From the NCBI GenBank assembly GCA_963701965.1, contig OY969695.1, forward strand, positions 3,040,001 through 3,104,000: DNA of 64,000 nucleotides, written 5' to 3'. Of the stretch, positions 10,630-22,500 are shown one piece after another (position 1 is the stretch's first letter; each line of letters starts with the position of its first letter). The notes beneath the pieces were generated by a model. The model was not told where the DNA came from and made no database searches. It saw nothing but the letters and a program-made list of their open reading frames with translations. The position numbers and the translations under genes were made by a program. Source of the stretch: an uncultured Gemmatimonadales bacterium. GTDB taxonomy: Bacteria; Gemmatimonadota; Gemmatimonadetes; Gemmatimonadales; Gemmatimonadaceae.

Positions 10630-11200
10630 AGCGATTTTCCCACTGCTCTCCCAACTTCGACGGCTCGTTCATTACGGCGAGTATCGTGTCGGGATCGGGC
10701 TGCTGATAGCACTTCAATAACATTCGCGTTCCTTTCCATCCGCCGGCTGCTGCTACATCAACCAGCGGGAGATGCTTGCGCTCGGTCGCCCACTCTCGAC
10801 GGTACGGGTGCCATGCGCCGAGCGGTAGTGGTCGGAGATCGGCTTTCTCTTCAGCAACGTGCAGCCAGAAGAGAAACATTCTTCGATTCATGAGCCGCAA
10901 CGGACCGCGCTCACCGGTGAATATCGGCCCCGATGTACCGAGCTGCAGCTGAAACGCGGGGATCTCGTCGTAGAGACGACTGGGCAACGGGATGATCCAA
11001 TCGTTGTTTCGCTTATCCGCATCGGCCTTCCAGTAGATGCAGCCTTGCTGGAGATCGATGTCCTCCCACTCAAGCGCCTGAATTGATCCGAGCCGTCGCC
11101 CGGTAGTTTCGGCGAGCAACAGCGCGAACTCGATCTTGATCCACCGATTTTGACCGTGAGATCGTCCGCTTCGCGTGCCAGCTGTTGGAGCGCGGCACGC
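10630..11200 (-). pseudogene. Tyrosine integrase, catalytic C-terminal remnant 1
   Basis: LAETTGRRLGSIQALEWEDIDL, WHPYRREWAT, VAAAGGWK..LLKCYQQPD; N-terminus missing. Confidence 0.85.
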
Positions 11201-11239
11201 GTCTCCGCCGGTGGATGCCGCGGCAGCGCACGCCGCGTT

Positions 11240-12053
11240 GATGGTGCGGATATCCAATCGAGCGCGCACTCCGGTAGTATCGAGCGTTCGACCGGTGCCG
11301 CGATGGCGCGCTGCCCTGGTGATGGGCTTGGGTGGAGCGGCAGTGTTCTTCACCGTCCTGACCTTCGTACCAAGCGTCCGCCGGTTGATCGCATTGGCCG
11401 TGGGCGCGCCGGCGGACATCGAACTTGCTACGGCGATCGGCGAGACGCGGTCTATCCGACTACCAGATGGATCGCGAGCTACGCTCGAGCCAGACAGCCG
11501 GCTCTCGTACCACGCGTCGCTCTTCGAAAGGGAGCACGTGGTGACGCTCCGGGGCGCGGCCACCTTCGATGTGGTACCTCAGGGGTTCGGCATATTCCGG
11601 GTTGCTGCCGGTCAGGTATTCGTCCAGGTCCAGGGGACACGGTTCACCGTCCGGTCGTATCCGGGCGACTCGAGCGCCAGCGCTTTCGTTTCGCGAGGGC
11701 GCGTGTTGGTGTCAGGCGTGGACCGTAGATCCGTGACCGTCAACACGGGGGAGCTGGCGCGCATCGTGGGTCGGACGGCGATAGTGGGATCTGGCAGTGC
11801 GGACGATCGGGTCTCCTGGGACGGAAGGACGCTGCGGTTTGATCGTGTGCCGCTGTCCGAGGCGATCGAGGCACTAAGGCACTGGTACGGCCTCCCGATT
11901 CGCCTGGGTGACGCGCATCTCGCGGCGCGGGTTGTTAGCTCCTCAATCCCTGTTACTCAGGATGACGGTATAGCTGCTCTCTGCGCAGCGGTAGGTGTTA
12001 GAGCCCAGCGATCATTGGGCGCCGTCGTTCTGTACGATGTCGCACCTGACTGA
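11240..12053 (+). pseudogene. FecR-family protein, N-terminally truncated
   Basis: TAIGETRSIRLPDGSRATLEPDSRL, VQGTRFTVR, LRFDRVPLSEAIEALRHWYG. Confidence 0.8.
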
Positions 12054-12225
12054 ACCCGAGATGCGACCGCAGCGATTTTATCATTGTTACGATCGCGCCG
12101 AATCGTTTAGCCGAAGATGTTGATGAGAATGGATGAGCGGATTTTTGCGTGGAGGGAGACGCACGCACGAAGGGGCCGCGAGTGAAAAGCCTCGGCCGCG
12201 TCGTGATTTGACATGGATTGCGCAG

Positions 12226-12243
12226 TTTTACAGATCTGTAAAA
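12226..12243. promoter_or_regulatory. Perfect 18-bp palindrome TTTTACAGATCTGTAAAA
   Basis: Seen directly; 14-bp core repeated at 33973-33986. Confidence 0.55.
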
Positions 12244-12539
12244 TCGCGATATTTGCCGATCTGGTCTTCGGATGCCGGACCGCCCCCTAGCATGGTCCAG
12301 GCGCCGTAGCGTCGTCTTGCCGATTGCGGCAACGTGCTAACCAGGAAGTCAGGTACCGTTTGATTTACTGCATTTTACGGCAAAACACTGACATTTTTTA
12401 CGGAGATCGACTAGCGCTTGATGGACGATGAGCTGCAGCAGGATCCTTCGCCGCTACGGCCGAGGGCTGATGACAGCGCCTCGAGGCATGGGAGTATCAC
12501 TGTCGAGACACGATCGACTGAGCGTAGCGCCAAAGCGCA

Positions 12540-12965
12540 TCGGCGCCGCGGCCGCGACGCCGTAGGTAGTCTCGGAGCGCCTCGATTGCGACGTCAGCGC
12601 CCACCTTGTTGCGGAGCTTGAAGCAGTCGACGACCGTCTTCGCGGCGTCGAAGACTCGCACGGATGCGCCGTCGATTTGGTGTACCTTGACGCAAGCCGC
12701 GAGAGCCGCTCCGGAGAGGTCAACGATCCGAAGGGGAGTTCAGGTTCACGCGGGGTACGCGCGTTATGGGCGATGGTGACCCAAAACTCGCCTGGGTTCC
12801 GGCGGCGGGACCACGAAATCGCAGGGCAGTAAGCAGGCGGATAACGCCGTGCGGGACACGGATCGCCGTCTCGGCGAGCATCCGCTTTTCGGCGAAACCT
12901 CGTCGAGCGTCATGTAGATCCCGCGTGCGGTTCGTTCGAGGCGGCCGGCGGCGCACAGCCGCCGT
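12540..12965 (-). pseudogene. Type IV TA antitoxin AbiEi-family remnant
   Basis: GRLERTARGIY, RVPHGVI.LLTALRF, KVHQIDGASVRVFDAAKTVVDCFKLRNKVG.DVAIEALRDY across frames. Confidence 0.75.
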
Positions 12966-13199
12966 AGTAGCATTGGGTCGAGACGGACGGTTTGAGATCC
13001 CGCGGTCTGAGGATTCTACGGGGTTTGATCAGCGCCAGTAAGTGATCAGGTCCAGACCTGGCAGGGTCGTCTTGAAACGTGGGCATTTGTCAATATATGC
13101 CGAGGTTTAGAAACATCCCCTCCGACCAAGATCGGGACGGCAAGTAACAATGATGCGCGGATCGGTCACGCTGCGACGCTAGCAGGACCCCCGAATTGC

Positions 13200-13990
13200 G
13201 TTCCAGCAGGTTGGCGAGTCGGTCGAGATACGTGTTGAGGCTCAGGTTGTGAGCTTTGGCGAGCAGTCTAAGGTCGCGACCGACGTTGGTGCGCCACCTT
13301 CGATTCGTCGAGCTGCCGTTCAGACAAGCCGCCGAGGCCGGACTGCCGGATCCATTTTTCTGGGGCAAAACTGTAATAGCCTTTCCGTATTCGTGGTTGT
13401 GAGTCGCCTTCGCGACCCTGGCCTTCTCCCGATACTCAGGATCGATTGCGTTGCGGATCGTGTCGAGGTCAATGTGGGTGTCTGTCGAGGGCCAGTGGAA
13501 AAAACTCCCGTCCTTGTTACCTTAAACTCCTGGCGTTCCGCGTGTGGGATCGCGGCGAGAGCCGGAACGTCATTGAAGGCGATCTCGTAGGTAGTCGCAG
13601 CGCACTGAGATGACGAACAGCTATCGCCCGCAATCGTTGCTTTTGCGATCAGCTGATGCTGAGCGCCACGAGTCCATGCGCGCATGACACTGCGCGGGAC
13701 ATCTCCGCCGCGACGGGCAGCGCGTTTCGCAGTGTGTGTAGATTCGCGCGTTCGAGCATCTGCGGCAGCCACGACGGATCGGCATTCTGGCGCACCAACA
13801 AGGCGCGCAGCTGATGCCGCCGATCGGCCGCATGGAGAGGTCTGGAAAAGCCGTAGCTGGGTGGCTGAGCAAAGAACGAACAGATTCTGCACGTGGTCGC
13901 TGAGATCTCTTGGGGCGGCGAGCACCTTGATTCCTGGACTCGAGGCGATCGCGTGGCTGTCCGTGTCGCACTGAACGACATTGAATTCAA
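13200..13990 (-). pseudogene. DUF2442-like + HTH protein, frameshifted
   Basis: YEIAFNDVPALAAIP..EF.., LHWPSTDTHIDLDTIR, GLSERQL.RIEGG across frames. Confidence 0.5.
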
Positions 13991-14029
13991 TCTCTGCGCC
14001 GTCGTCCTTAGCGGGGAGATAGTTTCGCC

Positions 14030-14315
14030 TCCCATTCCTCAAATAGCTCTGCTCGATGAGCGAGCACTTCGTCCAATATCGCATCCGGTCTGATCGAGAT
14101 GGATCGGAACCCCACTCCATCTCGTAGCTTAGGTCTTCAGCTCCACTCAAAAGAAAGAACACCCGAATCTCCCACTCGCCGCGGATTTTCGCGTGAAAGT
14201 GAGGGGGCTGGTGATCGACGAGTTGAACCATAGCTGCAAGCCTGCTAAGGAAAACGCATTGGGTCGACCCATGGCTCCTCAACCACTCGTGCACGTGAAA
14301 TAATAGTAATACCAA
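14030..14315 (-). pseudogene. DUF4160-like protein remnant
   Basis: DHQPPHFHA motif, directly upstream of the DUF2442-like gene. Confidence 0.5.
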
Positions 14316-16779
14316 GTGGACATTTAAGCAATCGCCAGCGAACTACATGTGTCCGCTCACTTGACTGTTGCCGCTGGGAACGGTTTACCGCGGATATGCG
14401 GCCGGCGGTCGCATATCCCAATTGATGGCAATCCAAGGCAGGTCGACGCTGTGTCGAAGTCCTGCGGGGAACCATCGGCTTGGGTGCAAACCATGATTGG
14501 CGACGGGTACGTCTACGGTGAATTGTGAACCTACCCGCCTGCCCGACACCGGGACTCATTACCCAACACTCGACGGCACGCCTGCGGCATGGAAATCAGC
14601 CGCGGGATTACATGTCGCGCACGCCCCGCCAGCGTTCTTAAAGACGCGGATCTCGTCGGGACCGGGTTCCGGGACGGGGAGTTCCGCAGTCACCTCGAAC
14701 TGAGGGAAGATCTATCATCATCAGGATCAGGAATGCAGTGCTGGAGTGCCTTTTCGCAGCACAGGGAAGACGAGCGTGACTCTGGATTTTCGAGCACGGG
14801 CCACGAACTCACTGGTCACGCATGGCCAGAAGCGGGCGAGGGCAATGGGCGGGCCCGGTGCCCGGCCGAGCGGGATCCGTGACGGTGCGGATCATGGCGC
14901 GGTCCCGAGAGTACAGGATGCTGGGGATGACCTGACCGTCGGGCTACGTCACGCGCCACAGGGACAATCTCCAACGTGGACGGCGCTCAGGATGCACGGG
15001 GGTGAGCTCGGACGGGCGATCATGGGTGGCCCGCTGACGAGATCGCGGTGCGCCACCGTGTAGTTCGCTTCGTAGGCGTCGAGGCTGCCCTCGAAATCGC
15101 GGGGGCACTCGAGTTCCGGCGGGTCGTGCAGCAAGCGACTCCGACCTCGGCGACTCCTGAACGGGTTTGATCTCGGCGCCCCACCACGCGGAGGGGGGAT
15201 CGAGACGGATATAGCGCCGCAGGATTGCCGCCTCGGCGACGGCGGCCGGCCAACGACCGGCGGCGAGTTCCGCGTCGATGAACGAGGCGCGGGGGATGCC
15301 GTCGACGACCAGTAAGCCCTCACAGGCAATGATCACCAACTCGACGGCGCGGACGGGACGTGCTTCCGATGGTGCCACGAGACCTCCGGATGACGGTCCG
15401 CAGGAGCACGCGAGATAGGATGGGCGTGCCCCTCGGCGTTGATTGCGGTCAGTCCGCGAACCGGGAAAGGGGGAGCGGGGTGGCTCGCTTTGCGAGCGGG
15501 GAAGATAGGCACAATCATTATAAAAAGTGACGACTAAATAGCTTGTGCATCATTGCGACGTCGTGTTGGTGTCGCCCGCAGAGCCGAGCCAATCCCACCC
15601 GGCACCCCCACGACAAAGGGCGAGTTTCGCATGGACGGTGGGGTGGACACCGCAAGCGGGCGTGCCGAGATGATGCACCGGCGGGCAACAGGAAATGGAG
15701 CGCCCAGCGCAGTCCGATGCAGTACACCGGCGAGCCGGTGAGCGGACGATTAGTCAGGAGGGCGGGGGCGATGACTGGACAGTATACCGATTCTTTGGTC
15801 CTTTGTCATGGATATGTGATGGGACTTCATGGGGCTGTGGAATGCGCTTGCCTGTTCGTCTTTCGTCGGAACTGATCCTCCATCGTGAACGTACCGTGAC
15901 CCTGAATGGCGGGTATATTGAGGCCTACGAGCTCGACCTTCATTGGAACCGCTTCACCTGGGGGTCGATGTCCTCGATAACGGCGGGATGTCGACTTACG
16001 ATGTCGAGTGTGAGAAGGTCGGCCACGTTGCCGTCGACAGCGAGAGTCGCGGCGAGAAGGGGGACGAGAACTACCTAACTGTGGATCGATGAGGCGCGAT
16101 AAGTTTCTATTTCTGAGTAGGGGCCATTACGATCAGAATGTGGAACATGACGCACATTCGGGGGCGGCGTGCGTCATTGTTGTTGCTGGATTCCGGTGGG
16201 ATAGAGAGAGGGTATCCGGTTACCCCTCCAGGACCAGGGGCGTGGTGTGGCTACACCGCGCAGGAATCGAGTAGACTGTTTGGCGCGCCGGTCCGGCTCA
16301 ACCCTGGATGACCATCGAACGGGGTTTGGACTGACATGGCGCCGCCGGCTGTCGACATGTCGTGGTCGCAGTTCCTCTGGGTTTCGTGGCCATCTAGCTG
16401 ATTTTCGGAGCATTCTGTGTCACGGTGTTTCTTGCCTGGCACTTCAAGTACGATGCGAGCCTCGGCCCACCCCGATTCGTGGCGACCCGTATGCGAGCGC
16501 TCGGGCTCCACCTCGGCGGACTTGGAGCGGGTTACGTCGTGATTGGGCTGATCTGGACAAGCGCCACCGATGGTCCATCCCGCGCGCGCGCTCGCCGTGT
16601 TAGCCTCCTGTTCGCTGCACATTGGCCGATCTATGCACCGCAGAAGGACTCCTCTGGCTCTTCCTCCTGTGAAAGACGCCGAATTCCACGCGCTGCTCTG
16701 CACTCCGCGTACGTGTGGCGGTGCGTCCGCGGCAGCAATCGGCGCCACCTTTGGAGTCGGCCAAGCCCACACAAACGCG

Positions 16780-17175
16780 AACTATCGGGCTCTCATGGGT
16801 CTGCGCGGTGGGGTGACGCGGCGACGCTGGTTGGGGCGACAGGTCTGCTTATTGGACGGGATCGTCGATCGAAGGTCATGCGGGACCCGGGCGATGGCCA
16901 CTTGCTGACGGTGGCGCCGGCGCGCTCGGGCAAGGGAATCAGTGTCGCGATCCCGAACCTGCTGTTATACGATGGTCCGTTGGCTCTGCGACCCCAAAGG
17001 CGAGAACTACGCTGTCACCGGAGCGCGCCGGCTGGCAGTGGTGTGGCCGGTGCATGCCTTCGATCCATTCAACGTCGCTGGAGGGCGAGCGGCATACAAT
17101 CCGCTTGACTTGATTGACGTGGAGCGCGACAGCGCCAATGACGATGCGTGGAGGCTCGCCGACACGCCGGTGGTG
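16780..17175 (+). pseudogene. VirD4/TraG type IV coupling protein relic
   Basis: GHLLTVAPARSGKGISVAIPNLL, DPKGENYAVT, FDPF..YNPLDLID. Confidence 0.8.
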
Positions 17176-17479
17176 GGGAGCCACCGGCGCAGACGTGCTG
17201 GACGAAATTCGGATGCTGGGCGATGACCCGGTCAGCGCGGTGAATTTGGAGGCGACACCGTCACCGTCAGCAATATCAATCAGCAGTGGGGCTGCGTCGC
17301 CTATACGAACGCACCCATCGACGCCCCATTGGATGTCATCCGAATGGGTTATGACTCGACCTTCGCGGCCGCGATGAAAATCATACCACATTGCGATTGG
17401 AGTGGTCGGTTCGATTTGGGGACGTTTGCGCTTGGCGATAGTGCATCGTCAATGGGATGGACGCGGCGAAGTTGAACTG

Positions 17480-18226
17480 GCCCGCCGAGACTTTCGGGCG
17501 CCACTGGCAGGATCCGTTCTACTCCCAGTCGACCGATCCCCGGTGGAGCGCACGTCGTCGCCGGCCGACGGGACTGACGGGAGAGATCGACCTGCGAAAC
17601 CGTTTCATGACCCCGCGACCAGGCGGTTCACGGAGGAGGACCCGATCGGCCTGGCGGGTGGCCTGAGTGCGTATGGCTTCACAGCCGGTGATCCGGTCAA
17701 TTACTCGGACCCGTTTGGACTCTGCCCTCCTCAAGACAAGAACTACAGCACCTGCGCACACGGTTCTAGGGAGTGGAAGGCGGGCGCTAATCGCAGCCAG
17801 ACCAACGTCGCATTTACCTCAGTGAATCCGGTTGTTATGGCCGGTGTGTCCGTTGCACTGAGCCCAGGCGCTGGTCCGGTCGTTTCCGCCGGGGTGTACG
17901 AGGATAGGTATGGTGTCGGCTTCTATTTTACTCCAGGATTTAGTGTGGGCCAAAATCTCGGAATTACTCGTGAACTTGGAGGTCGAACATTGGCAGCTGC
18001 TCTAGGGGGCGATTCGCAGGGCGGGTGCGGAGGCATTCTGGTGACGATTTGTCACACGAGCAACAGCAATGGTGGAACTACTACAGTTAGCGCCGGCGCT
18101 GGGACTCCTGCAACCGCGGCCGCGACTTCGACCACTACATTTCTCTCTCCCACGGCACCAACTCCTTGCGCAACCTCTACTACCAGCCTAGCATGCCGAG
18201 CGACCCTAGGACCTTACACACCCTAG
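17480..18226 (+). pseudogene. Orphan Rhs-associated core fragment plus C-terminal toxin-like tip
   Basis: DPATRRFTEEDPIGLAGGLSAYGFTAGDPVNYSDPFGL followed by a Gly/Thr-rich domain. Confidence 0.8.
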
Positions 18227-18471
18227 CAGGATGCATTTTCGTGGGGCTGTCGTTCATGAATTGCATATTCTGGTTGTACCGGCTGTCAGCCTTTCGAAAG
18301 GACAGGCGCTGGGAAGGTAGTGTCTTCGGTGAACCATTCGACTTGAACTGGGAGATACTTGATCTGTCCAAGTACACCCCAGCGGGAAGACCTACCTACG
18401 CCGTGTTTATCGCTTCCACGATTGTCTTTTGGATCGGCGTAGGGGTCACGGCGTATTGGGCATGGTTATGA
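18193..18471 (+). CDS. Small two-TM protein, putative Rhs immunity protein
   Basis: Overlaps the end of the Rhs tip; two hydrophobic segments; lower GC. Confidence 0.55.
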   Translation: MPSDPRTLHTLAGCIFVGLSFMNCIFWLYRLSAFRKDRRWEGSVFGEPFDLNWEILDLSKYTPAGRPTYAVFIASTIVFWIGVGVTAYWAWL

Positions 18472-19118
18472 CCGTTTGTCTGCAGCCGAAGTGGCGTCTT
18501 GAGCACGACATTAAACGCTCGTGTGCTGCATGTTGCCGGTGGCAGACCCGGCGGAAGGTCGGGGTGCTATTTCGCCTCGCGGGGCATTCTGATCGTTGGC
18601 CCTCGTGCGGCGTCGAGGTGGATCAGCAGGCGACGGGTCAGGTGTGAATTCGGGCCTCGAGGGCCGTCCGGATCGCTGGACCTCGCGTGCGGCGTGGGAA
18701 AAGATTGGTGGTGGGGCAGGTCGAGGGTTAGGCGGGGCTCGTGGCCTGGTTACATTGCGGACCTCACCCCACCATGCCGAGGCGACGGGCGTGCGCGGTT
18801 CTCCGGCGTGGACGCTATCGCGCTCCCGTCGACTGGGCTGGTTGTGTGTGGCAAGCAACGTCGGTCAGTTGTCAAACAGCGCCGACCAGCAGCGTACGTA
18901 GCGGGACCTCCGCGCGACGATCAAATATCCTGGGTGCTCGACGGACGACATTGGCACGACACATATTTACGGACGCTTCGGGTCCGAGGGAGACCGTAAA
19001 ACGAGAGTAGGGCGGCGGTCACCCGGGCGGCGACGCGCAGGGCCGCGAGCAGTTCGTAGGCCTGAGCATCTCCCTCCACGCTCGGCTCACCAACGGGTAC
19101 TTCCGAACAGTCCCGTGC

Positions 19119-19593
19119 CTATGCGGCGCGATATGGTGAGCCGGCGTGCCCGGCCCGCCACGTCTCCTCGTCGAACGGCTCCGCGGTCTGCATAATGTGG
19201 AGGAGCATGGGCACGAGCTTGCGCGCGATCGCGCACACGGCGCTCACCTTCGAGCCGCCGTTCCGACGGCAGAGCGCGAGATAGCTATCCCGTGAGAGCC
19301 CCCGAGCCTGGCACCACCGCCCGGCGAGCAAGAGGAGCTGGCGCCGGAGCGCTGGCCGGCCACGCTTGGTCTGCTTGATCCGTCCCCGCACCGACGTCCC
19401 GTCTTCCTTCCCAGCGAGGTTCATGCCCGCGAGCTTGAGGACCTGGCGTGGCGAGACGTAGCTCGCCGGCGTTCCCAACTCGGCGACCAGCGTTGCCGCA
19501 CACACCACACTCACGCCAGGCACTGTCGTCAGCGCCGCCACGGCCGGCATTCCGCCCGCTAACGCCGCCAGTTGTCCCTCGACGGCCGCCGTG
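19119..19593 (-). pseudogene. IS110-family transposase, C-terminal part truncated by an IS3 element
   Basis: LTTVPGVS..AATLVAELG, LKLAGMNL..GT..KRGRPALR, AVCAIARKL. Confidence 0.85.
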
Positions 19594-22500
19594 TGCGGGC
19601 CTGGGTCCCGCGGATTCTGAGTCCGGCGGCGGTCCCGTTTTGACAGCGTAGGGATTCGAGGCCAGACTCCCCTAACGGGGAGGAGGCCAGGAATGCGGGG
19701 GAGTAAGTTCACCCCGGAGCAGATTCTGCAGGCGCTGCGGCAGGCAGAAGCCGGGACCGTCGTGGACGAGATCTGCCGGAAGCTGGGCGTGACCGAGACG
19801 ACGTTCTATCGTTGGAAGAAGCAGTACGCGGGGCTGGACGTGAGCGAGCTCCGGGAGCTGAAGCAGCTGCGCGAAGAGAACCGGCGATTGAAGCAGGTGG
19901 TCGCCGATCTCACGCTGGACAAGACGATCCTCCGGGACGCCCTGGGGTGGAAACGGTGAGCCCAGCCCACAGGCGCGAGGCGGTCGGCTGGGCGCAGTCG
20001 GCCTACCAGGTCAGCGAACGGCGGGCGTGTCACGCGTTGGTCGTCCATTGCGCACTGGTGCGCTACACGTCGGTGAAGCCGGATGACGCGCCCGTGCGCC
20101 GGCGGCTGCACGAGCTGGCGCTGGCGCGGCCGAGCTTTGGAGTGAAGCGATTGCACGTCATGCTGCGCCGCGACGGGCTGCCGATCAATCACAAGAAGAC
20201 GCGCCGTCTGTACCTCGAGGAACGGCTCCAGCTCAAGCCGCGGCGCCGCCGACGCCGTGCGGCCACGGTGCGCCAGCCCCGGGCTGTCGTCACGCGGGCG
20301 AACGAACGCTGGGCGATGGACTTCATGCACGACGTCTTGGCGACCGGCCGTACGGTCCGGGTGTTCACGCTCGTGGACGTGTGCACCTCGGTGGACAGTC
20401 AAATCCGGCCACTGATCGACGGTTGAAAAACCGGCCACCAGCCGGGGGGACGTCCGAGGCGTTGACGCCGAGGCGGCGGGCATTGTCCCTCCGCCGGCAT
20501 GAGCAACGTCTTGAAGGCCGACATCCAACAGCAGATCGTGGCGTTGGGGCGACTGGGGTGGTCGCTCCGGCGGATCGAATAGGGCGACCGGCGTGCGCCG
20601 GGAAGACGGCGAGCGCGTATCTCAAGGCGGCGGGCATTCCGGTGCGGGGGCGCGGCGGCCGGCCGCGCGCGTGGCCGCCGGCAAATCCGGCCACCACACC
20701 GGTGGTGTCCACCGACTCGACGGCGCCGACCGCGTCGCGGCGGGCGAGTGCGTGCGAGCCGTACCGCGAGCAGATCGTGGCCGGGGTGGCGCAGGGCCGC
20801 AACGCCATGGCGATCTGGCAAGACCTGGTCGACACGCACGGCTTCGCGGCCCGCTACGCGAGTGTCCGCCGGTTCATCCGGACGCTCCACGATCCGGCGG
20901 CCGTCGAGGCGCGCGTGGTGATCACGACCGCCCCGGGCGACGAGGCGCAGGTCGATTACGGCGAGGGGCCGATGGTGCGCGACCCCGCCACGGGGAAGTA
21001 CCGGCGCGTCCGGCTCTTCGTCCTGACGCTCGGCTACTCGCGGCAAGCTCGGTCCGGCTCCTCGTCTGGCGATCGAGCACCCAGATCTGGGCCGAGCTGC
21101 ATGAGCGCGCCTTCCGCCGGCTGGGCGGCACGGTGCGCGTCATCGTGCTTGACAACCTGCGCGAAGGCGTCCTCACGCCCGACGTCTACGACCCGACGCT
21201 CAATCCACTCTATCGCGACGTCTTGGCCCACTACCACGTCGTGGCCTTGCCGTGTCGCGTGCGGGATCCGGATCGCAAGGGCAAAGTCGAATCGGGGGTT
21301 GGCCACACGCAGCGGACGCCGCTCAAGGGCCTCCGCTTCGAGTCACTGGAGGCCGCGCAGACGTATCTCGATCAGTGGGAGACGCGCTGGGCCGATACGC
21401 GCATCCACGGCACGACCAAGCGGCAGGTCGCGGCGATGTTCGCCGAGGAACAGCCCACGCTCGGGCTGTCCGCCTCGAAACCCTTCCGCTACTACCGCTA
21501 CGGCACCCGCACGGTGCATCTCGACTGGGTGCGTCGAAGTGGAGGCGGCCTACTACAGCGCCCCACCCGGCTGGATCAGCCAGCGCGTGCAGGTCCAGTG
21601 GAACGATCTCTGGGTGCGCCTCCTCGCCCCCGACACGGGGCAACTCCTCCGGGAGCATCGGCGGACGGCCCGCGGCCGGCATCGGGGTGCACGACACCGA
21701 CCGCCCCGCTCGGACGCCGCTGACGACGCGTCGCCCTGCTCGCGCGGACCCAGCGCGCCGGCCCGCACATCGGCACGCTCTGCGACACGATCCACCGCCA
21801 GGACGGCGTGCTCGCCGTCCGTCGCATCCTCGGCGTCCTCGCCCTCGCCAAGCGCTACGGCCCGGCCGTCGTTGACGCGGCCGCGCACGCCGCCCTCGAG
21901 CTGGGCGTGCCCACCTATCGCTTCCTCCGCCGCTACCTCGAGCACCGCGTCCCCGTCCCCCTCACGCTCCGCCAAGTCGATCCCCTCATCCGGCAACTCA
22001 CCCTCTACCGCGACCTCATCGATCGCACGCTCGGAGATCCCCCATGAACCTCGTTGAACTCGATCACGCGCTCCGCCAACTCCGCCTCTCTGGCATGGCT
22101 GCGGTTCTCGAGACCCGGCTGCACCAAGCCCAGACCGAACGCCTCGCGCCCATCGACCTGCTCTCGGCCCTGGTCAGCGACGAACTCCTCCGCCGCCAGG
22201 ATCGCCTCCTCGAGCGCCGGCACAAGCACGCCCGCTTCCGCGATCCCGACCGCTCGCTCGACACCTTCGACTTCGACTTCAACAAGAAGATGAACCGCGC
22301 CCTCGTCTACGACCTCGCCACCGCCCGCTTCGTCGCCCAGCGGGAGGACGCCCTGTTCGTCGGGCCGCCCGGCAGCGGGCAAGAGCCATCTCGCGCAAGC
22401 GATCGGCCGCGCCGTCATCCATCAAGGCTACCGCGTGCTCTATCGCGAGGCCCACACGCTGCTCGAAGAACTGGCCGACGCCACGCTCGACGGCACGCGC

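Noticed and set aside
10382..11563. 393-aa full-length integrase
   Set aside because: The N-terminal part is antisense FecR and the tail reads through the att; only the central ~190 aa is integrase.
14400..16700. Short ORFs in a degenerate stretch
   Set aside because: No recognisable motifs or consistent codon bias.
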